Below, piece after piece: positions 1 to 12,534 of a DNA stretch of 64,000 nt (positions are counted from its first letter, which is position 1; the number at the start of each line of letters is the position of its first letter). Origin of the DNA: Octopus sinensis (Eukaryota); the NCBI RefSeq assembly GCF_006345805.1, contig NC_043010.1, forward strand, positions 186,001-250,000. The letters are read 5' to 3'. The notes under the pieces are model-generated. The model was not told the DNA's origin, did not search any database, and worked only from the letters and a program-made list of their open reading frames with translations. A program made the translations under genes and the position numbers.

Positions 1-355
1 AGATAGTTGCCATGGCATGACCCATTTTGACTGTGACTTATGTGGAGAGCGATTCAAACTGCGTGGGAGTATGCTTCGACACCGGCAGACACACATTACA
101 CACCGACCTTTTTCTTGTCCTATATGTGGCAAAATGTTCACACTTCGTGGTAACATGAAAAAGCACCAAGCTATTCACGAAGGCCTGAAACCTTTCCATT
201 GCAATGTGTGTGGACGACGATTTGGTCTTCGTGGTAACCTGCGACAGCACCAGGTGGTGCACACTGGAGTTAAACCTTTCGACTGTGCCATATGTGGTCG
301 CCAGTTTTCTCTACGTGGAAACATGGAAAAACACAAGCGGATACACTCTTACTAA
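1..355 (+). CDS. 3' end (last coding exon) of a C2H2 zinc-finger gene, 4 tandem fingers
   Basis: ORF 17-355 has four CxxC-x12-H-x3-H fingers with HRPF/LKPF/TGVKPF linkers and a TAA stop at 353-355. The frame is open back to the window start, so the true start lies upstream. Confidence 0.9.
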   Translation, partial: DSCHGMTHFDCDLCGERFKLRGSMLRHRQTHITHRPFSCPICGKMFTLRGNMKKHQAIHEGLKPFHCNVCGRRFGLRGNLRQHQVVHTGVKPFDCAICGRQFSLRGNMEKHKRIHSY

Positions 356-1897
356 TTTGTTTTGGTTCAAATAGACTCGGTTTATCATCAGGTAAAGCAG
401 GTAGGTAGCAATGCCATGGTCTATTTACACTTTCCTAACCTGTTAGCATGAACACATGAACAGACATTTCACTGTTTCATCCATATGAGCCTTGGCACAG
501 GGAACAAAGACAGTTTTTGATATTTAGTCCACTGACAGTGTTTCCTTCTACTTTGTGTATGAGAAAAGACTTCTACACCAAGAACAGAAACAGCTTCACC
601 TATAATTTTATGTACAGATACAGTCTTCTTTCACTTCAGTCAGTCAACCCACCATTTTATAAACTGCAATTCTATCAAGAAAAGCAGCTATCTGCTGTTC
701 TATGTAAAATTATCAACTTCTGTCATAGTCTGGAGACACAATTATGCACCATCTCCTATTTTTCTATAACAAATAGATCCCTACTTTCATCTTTTTTGTC
801 TAGTTTTTCTTCTTTTCTTCCTTTCTTTTACTATTTTCTTCTTTCTGTCCTTTTGACTTCTCTCTTCTTTTTTTTTTGTATCTCTTCTTTCTTCTGTCTT
901 TTTCCCTAATGTCTCCAGTCCCTGTGTTCTCAATCTACTTATCACATGCACCAGGCCTCAACTGTTGAGGTTAGCCTTTACAAGTACCCTATGACATTCT
1001 GTGGGTTAGGGGTAAGGATAAGGTTGTCTTACAAAACTTTGTTTACATTGATATTTGCTATAACAATCTATCCAAAACATTTGTCACCGATAAAATGGCC
1101 CCACTTATTGTAAAAATCATTTCTGAATTCTCTCCTTACCAATGTCTATGTAAAGAGGCAGTCATCATTAACTAGTCTGAAGAAACAAAACAGTCTCTTA
1201 TTCTAATGTGTATAAGATAGGTTGCCCACCCAACACCTTCCATTTTATGTATAGGGCAGTTTCTTATTTATTGACGAACAGGTACAAACTATTGATTTTT
1301 AAACAGACAGTGCCCTTTCACTTTTGTACAATGACAATTTTATATCATTCTGTACACAGAGATGTACATGAATACACTCACCTACTCCCCCCCTCTCTAT
1401 ATACATACCTACATTAATGTTTGCTCTTATGTCCAGTTTAACAGTATGTAAAATGTTAACGTCTAAAGAAGGCTAGCGAGCTGAAGTTTCAGAATCCCTG
1501 TCACCCCTCTAATTGTAAAAGTTTGATAAACACACAAACACACACACACACACACACACACACATGCACACACAAATATATATAAATAAAAAGGCACTGT
1601 AAAGCACAATATGTGACCAAAGATTGGGCTCCATAGTGAGTTTCACATTCCACTCCTGTATCCAGAGTGGTACAATGCAGAGCATCAATTTCAGGATAGA
1701 CTAGTGGTACAGAATATGAACCAAATAATAGATATAATAAGTTTAAGCAACAGAGGCTGTATTAATACTGAGAAGTAATATTTATCCCCACTTAAATGTG
1801 GATGTTCTGTTAGAACAAACTATACTGTGGTAGATATCATGAGAGAACTTCTCACATTGGCTTTTTGGTGCAAAATGCACTTTTGTTTATATCAATA

Positions 1898-2297
1898 CTA
1901 GCAGCTAAGCCCGGTTTCACCCAGTCTGTTTGGATGATGTGGCTGTAATCATTTTCGGTTAGGTATAATCTATAACAGCATTTATCAACCTTATCATTTC
2001 AGGTCCTCTGTTTTGATTGAAGCCTCCAGCTATATGAAAATTTCTTGACCCCACCCTGTCAGACAACAGCTTCTAAGCAACTGGTTGTTTTAATGGCAGA
2101 AGAAAGAGGGAAATTCCATTAGAAAAAGTTTTAATCGATTTTCTCGGGGTTAGGAAAAAAATACAAGCTGCATTCCAATCTATGCACCTGTTTCCACATG
2201 TGTGCCATTTTTCACGTGAATCCACCCAACCGTTTGGCTGTGAACCTCAAGACAAGAAAGAATACAACGATCAGCCATGTCCAATTTATATTATAGA
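1898..2297 (-). mobile_element. Non-autonomous Helitron, apparently complete (400 bp)
   Basis: The minus strand begins A|TCTATAATATAAA (TC at 2297-2296) and ends with an imperfect GC hairpin followed by CTAG|T (CTAG 1901-1898). These are canonical Helitron termini at an AT target. Confidence 0.65.
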
Positions 2298-3644
2298 TAA
2301 ACAAGAGTGTATTTTGCACCAAAAAGCCAATGTAAGAGTTTCTCTCCTGGTAACTACAGCAGTGTAGTTTGTTCCAACAGAAAATCCACTTTTAAGAGAG
2401 GATAAATATTAACTGTCAGAAATAATAATTAAGCAGAAAACAAGTAAGATAATCAATGCTTTATAGAATATACATGAGTGTAATCAAATTGCTGTAATAT
2501 TTTACATAACAGTTGTAGAAACGTTACGCAATTTTGCTCTTCACCTCATCAATGTTAAAATCTACAAATATAGACACTTTTCTTGTTATGCAAATCATTT
2601 ACAATCCTGCATGTTACACAGTATAGCAAGGCACAGAAAAGCGTATCATGGATGTAGGAATGCTGCCATGCTGCTCTCAAATTCATGTAGGTGCAATCAG
2701 TGTGTGTGTGCGCATGTGTGTGCATGCACGCGTGTGTATATGGGAAGGGAGTGGAATTTGCACATGTTTATGTCATATCTGTTTACATCTGTCTTAAAAG
2801 AAATCTTTTTCTCCAGCTCTTATATGATAGCCAGCCATTGGCTGATCTATAACTTGAGCTTCACAATCCTCTGCTATCAACATGAACAGTGTTCTTCTCT
2901 TATTTTTTCTCTTTCTCTCTCTACTCACGCCTACATAAATTTGAGAGAAGTATCACATCATTTGTACATCTATGATATGATACATTTTCTGTCCCCTGCT
3001 ATATTGTGTGACTTGTAAGGTTATTGTAAACCTGAAAAGTGTATTTATTTGTAGCTTGTAACATCTGTTATTTTATTTATTGCAAAACACTGACAAGATA
3101 AAGTGAAAGATTGCATAATCTGCCTACAGCTGATGTATACTGTTATGTAATTATTATGAGATTTTGATGAAATGTGCATATGTTCTATAAAGCAATCATC
3201 ATATATATATGTGTGTGTGTATGTATATATAAAATGTAATTTAGATTTATTTGAATTAGGTACTTATATTGAGGCACCTTGCTAGGACGAAATTATTTGC
3301 ACACTCAAACAATATTAGGTGAGTCTCAGACTCTTCTTAGAATTTTTTCCACCAGATATTCACGCAGTGTATTGCAGATGGCACGATGCATCTTAGTGAA
3401 TAAATCCGCTCTTGTTTGTTCAGACATGTACTTTATATAAAGATACTTTCCAAATACTTCCAAAGTACAGATTCCAGGGTAGTTGAGTAAAATATAAAGG
3501 AGTTACAAAGCTGTAAAGTGTTAATTTGTTATGGCCATTTCAAGCAACTCCTTTAATTGATCAATGTAATGATGTAATGCTTTCATTGATCAATTAAAGG
3601 AGTCGCTCAAAATGGCAATAATGAATTGACACTTTGTTACTCAT

Positions 3645-3661
3645 TTATGTGTGTGTGTGTG

Positions 3662-3711
<50 letters not shown>

Positions 3712-3748
3712 ATATATAAATGTATGTATATGTGTGTATATTTATATG

Positions 3749-3785
<37 letters not shown>
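3645..3785. repeat. Compound (TG)/(TA) microsatellite, representative of dozens in the window
   Basis: Direct reading. Similar tracts at 1539, 7880, 16921, 44126, 47037, 49985, 52936, 54086, 59572 and 60039. Confidence 0.95.
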
Positions 3786-3788
<3 letters not shown>

Positions 3789-5769
3789 CAACGAACCGTA
3801 TGAATGAGCTCAGTTCATTTACACACATACACACACACCTACCCTCACCAAGCTATGTAAGTCATTTAATCATTTGATTATTAATAGGTAAGTGTGTATC
3901 CTTCTATGGGAACAAAAATAATCTTTTTCACCATTATCATCACCATTATTATCATGTCATCATGTAGAGACAGACAGCTAAGTGCCAGTAAATATGAACA
4001 AAAGGTTCTATCATGTTGTCATATGTAAGAAGAGACTGTCTATTTCCAGTTTATGTTAACCAAGAAAGTCGTTTATGATGTTACCATATGTTCACTGAGA
4101 ATGTATTTACTCAGGGAAACCAACTATAATGTTATTATATATGGAGAGAAAAAGTACTCTGTTAATCCATGGACAAGGACAGTTTATGATGTGGTGATGA
4201 GAAAGGACACTCTTGTATACTATACACTCTCCAGTACTAAGAGAGTAGATTGTATTTTAAGAATATCATTGCAGGCCCACCATTTTAGCTGAGAGATTTC
4301 CTAATAAGACAGAAACAATAGAAAACACTTACACGCATACACATACAGATGTATACATATATCAGCCTCATATAGTTTTATATAAAGGGCAGTTTGTTCT
4401 TATTCCATTTTATATGGAAGGAAATCTTTTTATTAATCTGTAAATAAATAACCACACATGCACACACAAATCATCTTCTAACATATTTGAAAGCATATAA
4501 GATGAAATTTTTTTTAAAAAGATGTTTCATAAAAAAAATCACTCCAGGTCCTACATGTGAATTAGACTTCCCATGAGCTAATTCTGTTTCTGACGCTGAC
4601 CTTTGTTTGAATATGCACTCCTGAAATCGGGGTGCACTAATATGCCTGTGCATCTTTTATGTCATCAAATACTGTACTTACATCCAAAAGTGGATCTCTT
4701 GTATGGTAAGTAATATTCTGTTAAGAAATATTCTCAATATTCTATTAAGGAGTCTGCTAAAAGTAACATTTTCAAAAGGACCAACATGTGACAGTATTGC
4801 ACTGAAGGCAGACTGAAAGGGGCCAAGACACAAGTTGTGAGACAGTCTGTAGTACAACCATCTTATGTAGATTTATTAAAACATGTTGCATTACCACATG
4901 TACTGCTACAAATACACTGTGTTGTCATAAAATCTGATGCTTGTATAACTTTGGTGCTGCCTCAGTAAGTTGCACTACTGATGCTTGTGAAACATGCATA
5001 TTTTGACAACATGTGAGAGTGGCACAGCATCTGGTGCTCATACATCATGTAGCTCAGGCAAAGATGCTGTACAATCTTTGGCTACACTACAGGAGTATTT
5101 TGCATGACTTGTAAGGCCAGTATTTTATGATATCATGTCTCTGTAATTGTTATGACTAAATCACATAGTAATACTGCCTACACATGTAAATGTTGTCGTG
5201 GAACAATCCCTGTCATCTCCACTTGAGTACCCAGAACACTAAGGTAGCTGATTAAAGAATTCTACAACAACTATTCCAGCTGGGACTATTCTATGGTCAA
5301 TCTATTTTGAAATTTACAAAACACGATTCCCATTTTAATGATCCTGGAAAGTCTGTTAAATGGAATTTAGTTTAACTGATGAATCAAAATCTTGGTCCAG
5401 ATTTGAACTGATCATTAGTTTTATTTTTGCAGTGGGGTTGAAGGTCTGTAAGGAATATAAGCATTACTTCTCTGTCTCAGTCTTGCCTATAAGAAGGGAA
5501 AATACAAAAGTTCATTGACTGAACAAATTAAACTGGTGAACAAATTAAGGTGGTGAACAAGTTGACACAGAAGTCTGCTGGTTCTAGTTTGCCTAAGTGA
5601 CATAAAACAGGTTCTATTGACAGCATTAAAATTGTGTGGTTCATGGTAGAGAGGTAACAACAGCAGTTTCAATGAAAAGAAACAACAGAAATTCAAAAAA
5701 ATATCTTTTTCATGGATATTTGAGAAAATGGATGTGTAGCTCAGAAGTGAAGGAATGTTTCCAGGTAGA

Positions 5770-6050
5770 GCTGTTACATTTCTGCATTGAGAGGTCATAG
5801 CTCTGATATTATGGACATGATTAGAATGTCACAGGAAGGAATCACAAGATATATTCTTCAAGCCAAGCCAACCTGCAGGAGACCTAGGGTAGACCAAGAA
5901 TGAGGTGGTTTGATAATATCCATAGTCTCAGCTGGTCACACCTGGGAATTCAACTGATAAGTGTCATGAAGGCTGGTTCTGATAAGACCCTACAGAGGAA
6001 GTGCCTGAGGACTGTATCCTCATGACCCTTCCCAGGAATAATGGTTGTGG
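5770..6050 (+). mobile_element. Degraded RTE-clade LINE 3' fragment
   Basis: Broken frames give YGH..RMSQEGITRYILQAKPTCRRP.GRPRMRWFDNI, the typical RTE ORF C-terminus. Confidence 0.5.
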
Positions 6051-6164
6051 AAATTGGATGTAAAACTTCAAGGCTTCTAATTAGTATAGATGATGATTAG
6101 TTGACTGAAGAATCTCTGGTTGCTTTTAGAAGTTGCTGCCTTGATAGCTGTTGCCATATACTAT

Positions 6165-6600
6165 TTAATCATGTAATGATGGTCAACCCTATCAAAAGCT
6201 TTTGACTGGTTTAAATTGATCAGGGTCCCACTCATGTCAGGTTCTTTACCTATCCTTTCTATAATGTATCATGTGAGGTGGAGGTTGTCATTCATTAATC
6301 TGTTTGGTATGGCACATGTCTACGCCTCACTTGTCAGCATATTGATGACAAGCACCAACCTCTTAGCTAACGACTTGGCCAAAAATTTCAGCTCTGTATT
6401 TAGCAGAGTTATGGGCCTTAAGTTGTTAAAAATAACCCTTTTTGTTAGAATCACCACATCTTTTAGTGCAAGACTGAGAATGCTCTTGTTTTACTGCTAG
6501 TTGTAAATAAAGCAAGAGGCCTGTGAACAAGTCTGGTATATGAAGCTAAAGTGCATTAGGCAGACCATGGACCCCTAATCTTTTGCCCACTTTTTATCCT
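6165..6600 (-). mobile_element. Degraded Tx1-type RT fragment related to array element B
   Basis: Minus strand GGCCCATAACTCTGCTAAATACAGAGCTGAAATTTTTGGCCAAG aligns to B GGCCCATCACTCTGCTAAACACAGAGTTGAAGATTTTGGCCAAA. It encodes RPITLLNTELKFLAK ... NQSKAFDRVDH and carries stops. Confidence 0.75.
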
Positions 6601-6799
6601 TCAACAGGTATTCCACTGCTGCTACTGAAACAATGCTGATATGATACAGTTGAAGTTCAGTTTGAGTCTGGTTCAAACTGTTGTTCATCATTTAGGCTAA
6701 ATTTCATTTACCAGATTCTCCAACATCTTTAAAATGAGAATTACATTTTAGAAATCCAAAATAGATTGGTTGTAGAATTGCAATGTACTTAAGACACAT

Positions 6800-6990
6800 T
6801 CTTTTCTACTCTAGGCACAAGGCCCCAAATTTTTTTGGAGGTGGCCAGTCGATTAGAACGACCCCAGTACCCAACTGGTACTTAATTTATTGACCCCGAA
6901 AGGATGAAAGGCAAAGTCGACCTCAGTGGAATTTGAACTCAGAACATAAAGACAGACAAAATACCACTAAGCATTTCACCCAGCATGCTA
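6800..6990 (-). mobile_element. tRNA-derived SINE, family S1
   Basis: Dispersed repeat with core GAGGTCGACTTTGCCTTTCATCCTTTCGGGGTCAATAAA.TAAGTACCAG. Other copies are at 18228-18441 and 43760-43888. Confidence 0.7.
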
Positions 6991-7875
6991 TACTTTTGAT
7001 TTAACTCACTGAAAACACTATGAGAGTGATGATTGGTGTTGATGGTTATGTATAGAGAATAGGTAGAAAATGTTTCACAGTGTGTTTGCATATATATGAG
7101 TCCACTATACGAAAGTACTTTATATAAATGTAGGTCTAATTGTGTGCCAATGTCTTGGAAAGTATCTTGAGAGGTAAGTAGAGTGTTTACAGGTAATTCT
7201 ACAGTCCTTATGTCATAAGACTAATGAATTTTTAGGTAAGTGGTACTGCAATATATTAATTACTAACATCCTAATATAGACATAGTGAAGGCACAAAGCT
7301 TAATGATTTGAGGACACTGGGCTCATCTTCATTAGGTGGTCGGTTCAGGTTTTGATCTAGATGGCACATTGTGTTGATGTTGCTTGACTCCATTTAGCTG
7401 AAAATGAGTACTAACTGCAGTTGGGGGTTCAACGCTGTGACAGAATGGTGTCCAGTTAAAGGGGCCGAATATTGTATATTCTGTTGCTTAAATACCATTG
7501 AAACCAGGATAAGTTCTGGCCAATTGGTCCTGCAGACTTGAGATAGACTTTTGCATACTAAATGAGTTAATATTTTACTAAAAAGCTAATAATTTAGAAA
7601 CAATATAGAGAAAACTACTACCTAAAGTCTACCTACAGGCCAGGAGTGAACCATTTGCAATCCATTGATATGTACAATCAGCTGTAGTTTGTAACAGGTG
7701 TTATTGTAGTGTCTTAAAGTATTTTGAATGTACCTCCTTATGTTTTAACAAATTGTGTATCAAAAGTACTACAGCAGCTTGCTGGATGTGGCAGTACTGT
7801 ACTAGCGATAGTATTATAAACTCCTTTTGTGTTCTATGTGATATTGATGTTATCTACCAGTATTAGTATAAATGG

Positions 7876-7920
<45 letters not shown>

Positions 7921-8209
7921 GTGGAAAGTGGTACTATAGTGTACCACTCACTGAGTTGAAAGAGATAGGACTAGTGTATGTGTTTGTGTACATGCACACA
8001 CGCAGAGTAAAAATCAACAGAAACAATACAGTGAACTTGTGGGGAATGGAAAATCCGATGTTTCAGACAGTCCTTCTGTCAATTTTTCAGGGAAAAAATT
8101 GACAGATTTTCCACTCCCAACAGCAAGTTCACTGTACACTTTTTATCAATTTTTCAAAATAATACGTTATATCAATGCAGACCAACACCAATCTCTTTGG
8201 TGTTTGATA

Positions 8210-8259
<50 letters not shown>

Positions 8260-8482
8260 ATACAGAGAAATAGATAGATAGATATAATGTAAGTATACAT
8301 ACTAAATCTTTTTTTTAAATAACTTTATATGATGAACTTTCTCTAACATGTTTCCTTATACACTCATAAATATTACCTGATATGATATCTGCACTACACA
8401 GCACTAACAGTGTAGTAGACATCTCTCAATGTAGTAGACAATGGTCTACTGCATTGTAATTTACTCCATTACCACACCACAG

Positions 8483-8897
8483 GGATCTTTTCGGTTTGAA
8501 TGGCAGTTTTTTAAAATAATTTCCATGTAACTAAACACTTTTAAACTTCGTATACTGGTAGAATGTGTTTATAAAACATCTTTTTCTCTTGGCTTTATTG
8601 AGAAAATTCTATAGTTTGTAAGATATTTGTTGTTTTTTTTTCTGCAATTTCAACCAATCAATGACGTCTATTGAGGTGAAAACATTCTGTGCTGTATGAA
8701 TATGTCCCTCATTTAAGAAACAGATTGGGTTTATTTACATTTCTGAAGAAAAAAGATACCCTAACCTTAACTAACCCTAACTAACCCTAACCCTAAAACA
8801 GATTGAAATGCAATAGATCGATACTAGGGTCATAATTATGGGTGACAATTTCATATGACACTGCTAGAAAAAACTGCCGTTCAGACTGAAAAGATCC
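8483..8897. mobile_element. MITE with ~29-bp TIRs and 8-bp TSD
   Basis: Left GGATCTTTTCGGTTTGAATGGCAGTTTTT versus reverse-complemented right GGATCTTTTCAGTCTGAACGGCAGTTTTT. Flanks CACCACAG (8475-8482) and CAACACAG (8898-8905) match at 7 of 8. Confidence 0.75.
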
Positions 8898-10587
8898 CAA
8901 CACAGCATCTTACTTGTGCTATATATTTACTCTGGTTTGCCTATAACTCTATCCACACTATTTTATCAATGTACCCCAATATGTTATAAGATTTATCCTG
9001 AAATGAAACTCTACCATATCAGAAATGTACTTTCACCCACAACTTTGTCATAAAGGTACTCCAGTTGTGTAATGAATACTTAAACTTCTGAAAATAGTGT
9101 ACTTATCAACTGTGTTGTAAATGTACTTGTTTTTACAACTATGTAAACATTGTAGCCCATAGTTTCATTACATATATATATATATATATATATACATATT
9201 TAGAAAAAAATAGCTATGGCCGGCCATAACTATCTTTTTCTACTGCTCTATAACTTAGAGTCTGCTCCTCTGTCAGATTTATGATTTACTGACAATATTG
9301 ATATATATATATATACACACACACATGTATATATATTACACATATATTCGTATACATACATGTATATTATGTATGTATATATATATATATGTGTGTGTGT
9401 ATATATAATGTATAAAGTATAGTATGTGTGTGTGTGTTCAAACAAATTACCCTGCTGTGTGATGAATATAGGCAAAATGATGGTACAATGTACACTTCAA
9501 TTATTTTCTGGGTCTGGGTATACATATCTGCTTAAATCGATATAACCCCCCACCCCTCTCCCAACTGTTATATTCGCAGAAAGAGTACCACAATTATGTA
9601 TCAATTTATGAACAAAATATGTATCCTTAACCATCAGTGCTAAACTCTCACAAAATGTGTATAGAATAATCTCTGACTTCTAGACAGCCAATGTAGCCCA
9701 AATGTTTTCCTGATAAAGGATGTATTAAATGTACCCTTAATGCTAAAAACCAATGATTTCCCCATCCTCAACAACATTCATAATTTCAAAATGTTACTAA
9801 CATGTACTGTGTTATGAATGTAGTTACTGTATTTGCTAAAACCATGTATCCCACTCATGATGTATCCAGAACACCAAAATATAATAAATAAATACAGTCA
9901 AACCAATGTACAGAAAATAAAATAAGTTCAAAATAAAAAAAGAAATAAAGATCATATTTACTGTTGTCTTTTTTTTTTTTTTTACAGATTGATTGTTTTG
10001 GTTGTCAGAAATAGCTTAGAGAGAGCATGTCCACTTTTGGCTGGCAGAAATAGTTGGTAGAGGGCCAGTCCACTTTCGATGTAGGAAAAAATTAAACTCA
10101 GCTTATATCCTTTCATATGGATCTACTCTCTTTTGATCCATATGAAAGTAATTAACAAGATGTGCTATGCCATTGTAAATGGAACAATTGTTGTAGTTGT
10201 TTAGCTTCCTCCTCCTCCTCCTGATCAGGTCCAATCAAGCAACTTTATAATTGAAGGCATTCAACATGTAACTATCTTGTCTTCATTTCAGACAGTTACT
10301 TTATGCAATATTTCCTTCATTTTTCTAAGACAGTGAATTATGATATTTGAGAGATTTGGCTGATATTTCTAGCAGATGATGAAGATAACAGTAAGACAAT
10401 GTACCTGTTTGTAATTAGACATTGTGACCTACCAGTGAGTGGGGATCACATATTTTTCTCACCCTGTTGTGGTATGGAACCTGTTTGGGGAGTTATCCTG
10501 TAAATTTGAAAGAAGATAAACCTGATGGTTTTGTGGAAAATATCCCAGAATTCAGATGAAATTAAGTGAAGATTCTCAAACACTTAC

Positions 10588-10985
10588 AGGTGCAGGAGTG
10601 TGGCAAGTAGCTTGCTTACCAACCACATGGTTCCAGGTTCAGTCCCACTGCATGGCACCTTGGGCAAGTGTCTTCTACTATAGCCTTGGGCCGACCAAAG
10701 CCTTGTGAGTGGATTTGGTAGGCAGAAACTGAAAGAAGCTTGTCATATATATGTATATGCATATATATGTGTGTGTGTGTGTTTGTGTCTCTGTTTGTCC
10801 CCTTAACATCGCTTGACAACCGATGCCGGTGTGTTTACATCCCTGTAACTTAGTGGTTCGGCAAAAGAGACCAATAGAATAAGTTCTAGGCTTATAAAGA
10901 ATAAGTCCTGGGGCGATTTGCTCGACTAAAGGCGGTGCTCCAGCATGGCCACAGTCAAATGACTGAAACAAGTAAAAGAGTAATT
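10588..10985 (+). mobile_element. CORE-like SINE, family S2
   Basis: tRNA-like head with a GGTTCAGTCCC B-box-like motif, the CORE-like GCACCTTGGGCAAGTGTCTT, and an internal (TA)/(TG) tract. Related copies at 11558, 17815, 53815 (-) and 59681. Confidence 0.7.
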
Positions 10986-11203
10986 ATTCAAAAATCATAG
11001 AACCAATTCTACTAATTTAGAGACAACTTCCATTCTGAAGAGACCTTAAGTGAATAAAAAGTTATATTAGAGAGAAAATTTACTTCTATAACATTTCCTT
11101 GAAACAGTGAATACAATATTTTTTTAATAAAATAAGTTAAATACGATAAATAAATTTTCAATAAATTTTATTCTTGTTCTCTCCTATTTTGCAAGTTCAC
11201 TCA

Positions 11204-11390
11204 TGCTGGTGGCACAAAGAACACACTCAGTACATAGTGTCAAGTGGTTGACTTGAATAAGGGCATCCAGTCTTTGAAACCATGCCAAAGCAAACACTGG
11301 AGCTTGATGCAACCCTACAACTTGTCAGACCCTGTCAACTCATCCAACTCATGCCAGCATGGAAAACGGATGTGAAATGATGATGAGAAG
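11204..11390 (+). mobile_element. SINE fragment with V-domain-like motif and (ATG)n tail
   Basis: AAGGGCATCCAG motif and a CCAACTCATGCCAGCATGGAAAACGGATGT-(ATG)n 3' end. Related to 12108-12385. Confidence 0.45.
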
Positions 11391-11557
11391 CTCAGGGTTC
11401 CTCAAAACTTGTTTTCACAAACACTCCTATATGACATTTAACTTGGCAACTTACTGTTTCTACCAATTCTTTCGCCTTAATATATTTTATTAATATCACT
11501 ATTTCTTATATCCTAATTCATAATATAGAATATGTATCATAATTATTATTTCTTTAG

Positions 11558-11721
11558 GGTGCAAGGATGGTTGTGTGGTAAGAAGTTTGCTTCCCAATCA
11601 AGTGGTTTCAGGTTCAGCCCCACTGTGTGACACATGAGTTAGTGTTTTCTATAATAGCCCTGAGTTGACCAAAGATTGGTGAATGGATTTGGTAAATAGA
11701 AACTGAAAAGAAGCCTGTCAT

Positions 11722-11725
<4 letters not shown>
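11558..11725 (+). mobile_element. CORE-like SINE, family S2
   Basis: Aligns to the head of the 10588 copy (GGTTCAG.CCCACTG ... GGATTTGGTA.A.GAAACTGAAAGAAGC). Confidence 0.65.
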
Positions 11726-11802
<77 letters not shown>

Positions 11803-12107
11803 CTTGTGTGTGTGTGTTGCTGTCTCATTGCCTTGACATCATATGATAGTAGTAAGTGAGTATCACTGTCATGCAAGCACTATTTTCAATCATCCATGAA
11901 AACAAGTCTAACCATGGGGAAATACTACTTTACTTGGAAGCAGGTAAGTGTTGGTAATAGGAAGAGCATCCAACCATAGAAAATCCACTACAAGTTCTGT
12001 CTGGCCAAGTGAAGCTAGGAAAATGGATATTAAAATGATGATACTGATGGAGATGAATTGGTAACTAAACTAAACAGTAAATAAAATACATTATTTTATA
12101 ACAGAAC

Positions 12108-12385
12108 GTGACTGATGCCAGCGCTGCCTTGACTATCTTCTGTGCAGGTGGCACGTAAAAAAGCACCAACCGATCATGGTCGCTGCCAGCCTCCCCCGGC
12201 ACCTGAGCCAGTGGCACGTAAAAAGCACTCACTACACTTACAGAGTGGTTGGCGTTAGGAAGGGCATCTAGCTGTAGAAATACTGCCAGATCAGACTGGA
12301 GCCTGGTGCAACCTCCTGGCTTCCAAAACCCCGGTCGAACCGTCCAACCCATGCTAGCATAGACGTTAAATGATGATGATGATAT
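12108..12385 (+). mobile_element. SINE with V-domain-like motif and (GAT)n tail
   Basis: GGTTGGCGTTAGGAAGGGCATCTAGCTGTAGAAA ... CCAACCCATGCTAGCAT ... (GAT)n. Related to 11204-11390. Confidence 0.55.
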
Positions 12386-12392
12386 GTGTATG

Positions 12393-12428
<36 letters not shown>

Positions 12429-12534
12429 ATATATATATATAAGTGAAACCTTGAATTGAAGGATCTTAAAGTTAACTTAGCTTAAGAAGAAATAGGACAG
12501 GACCCTACCTGCTTCAGGCAAATGACCTTACTTT

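Noticed and set aside
3626-3877. YI/CV/HT-repeat ORFs here and at many other TA/CA tracts
   Set aside because: They are microsatellite translations, not genes.
8757-8795. Telomere or chromosome end
   Set aside because: It is a short degenerate tract inside a MITE, with ordinary sequence on both sides.
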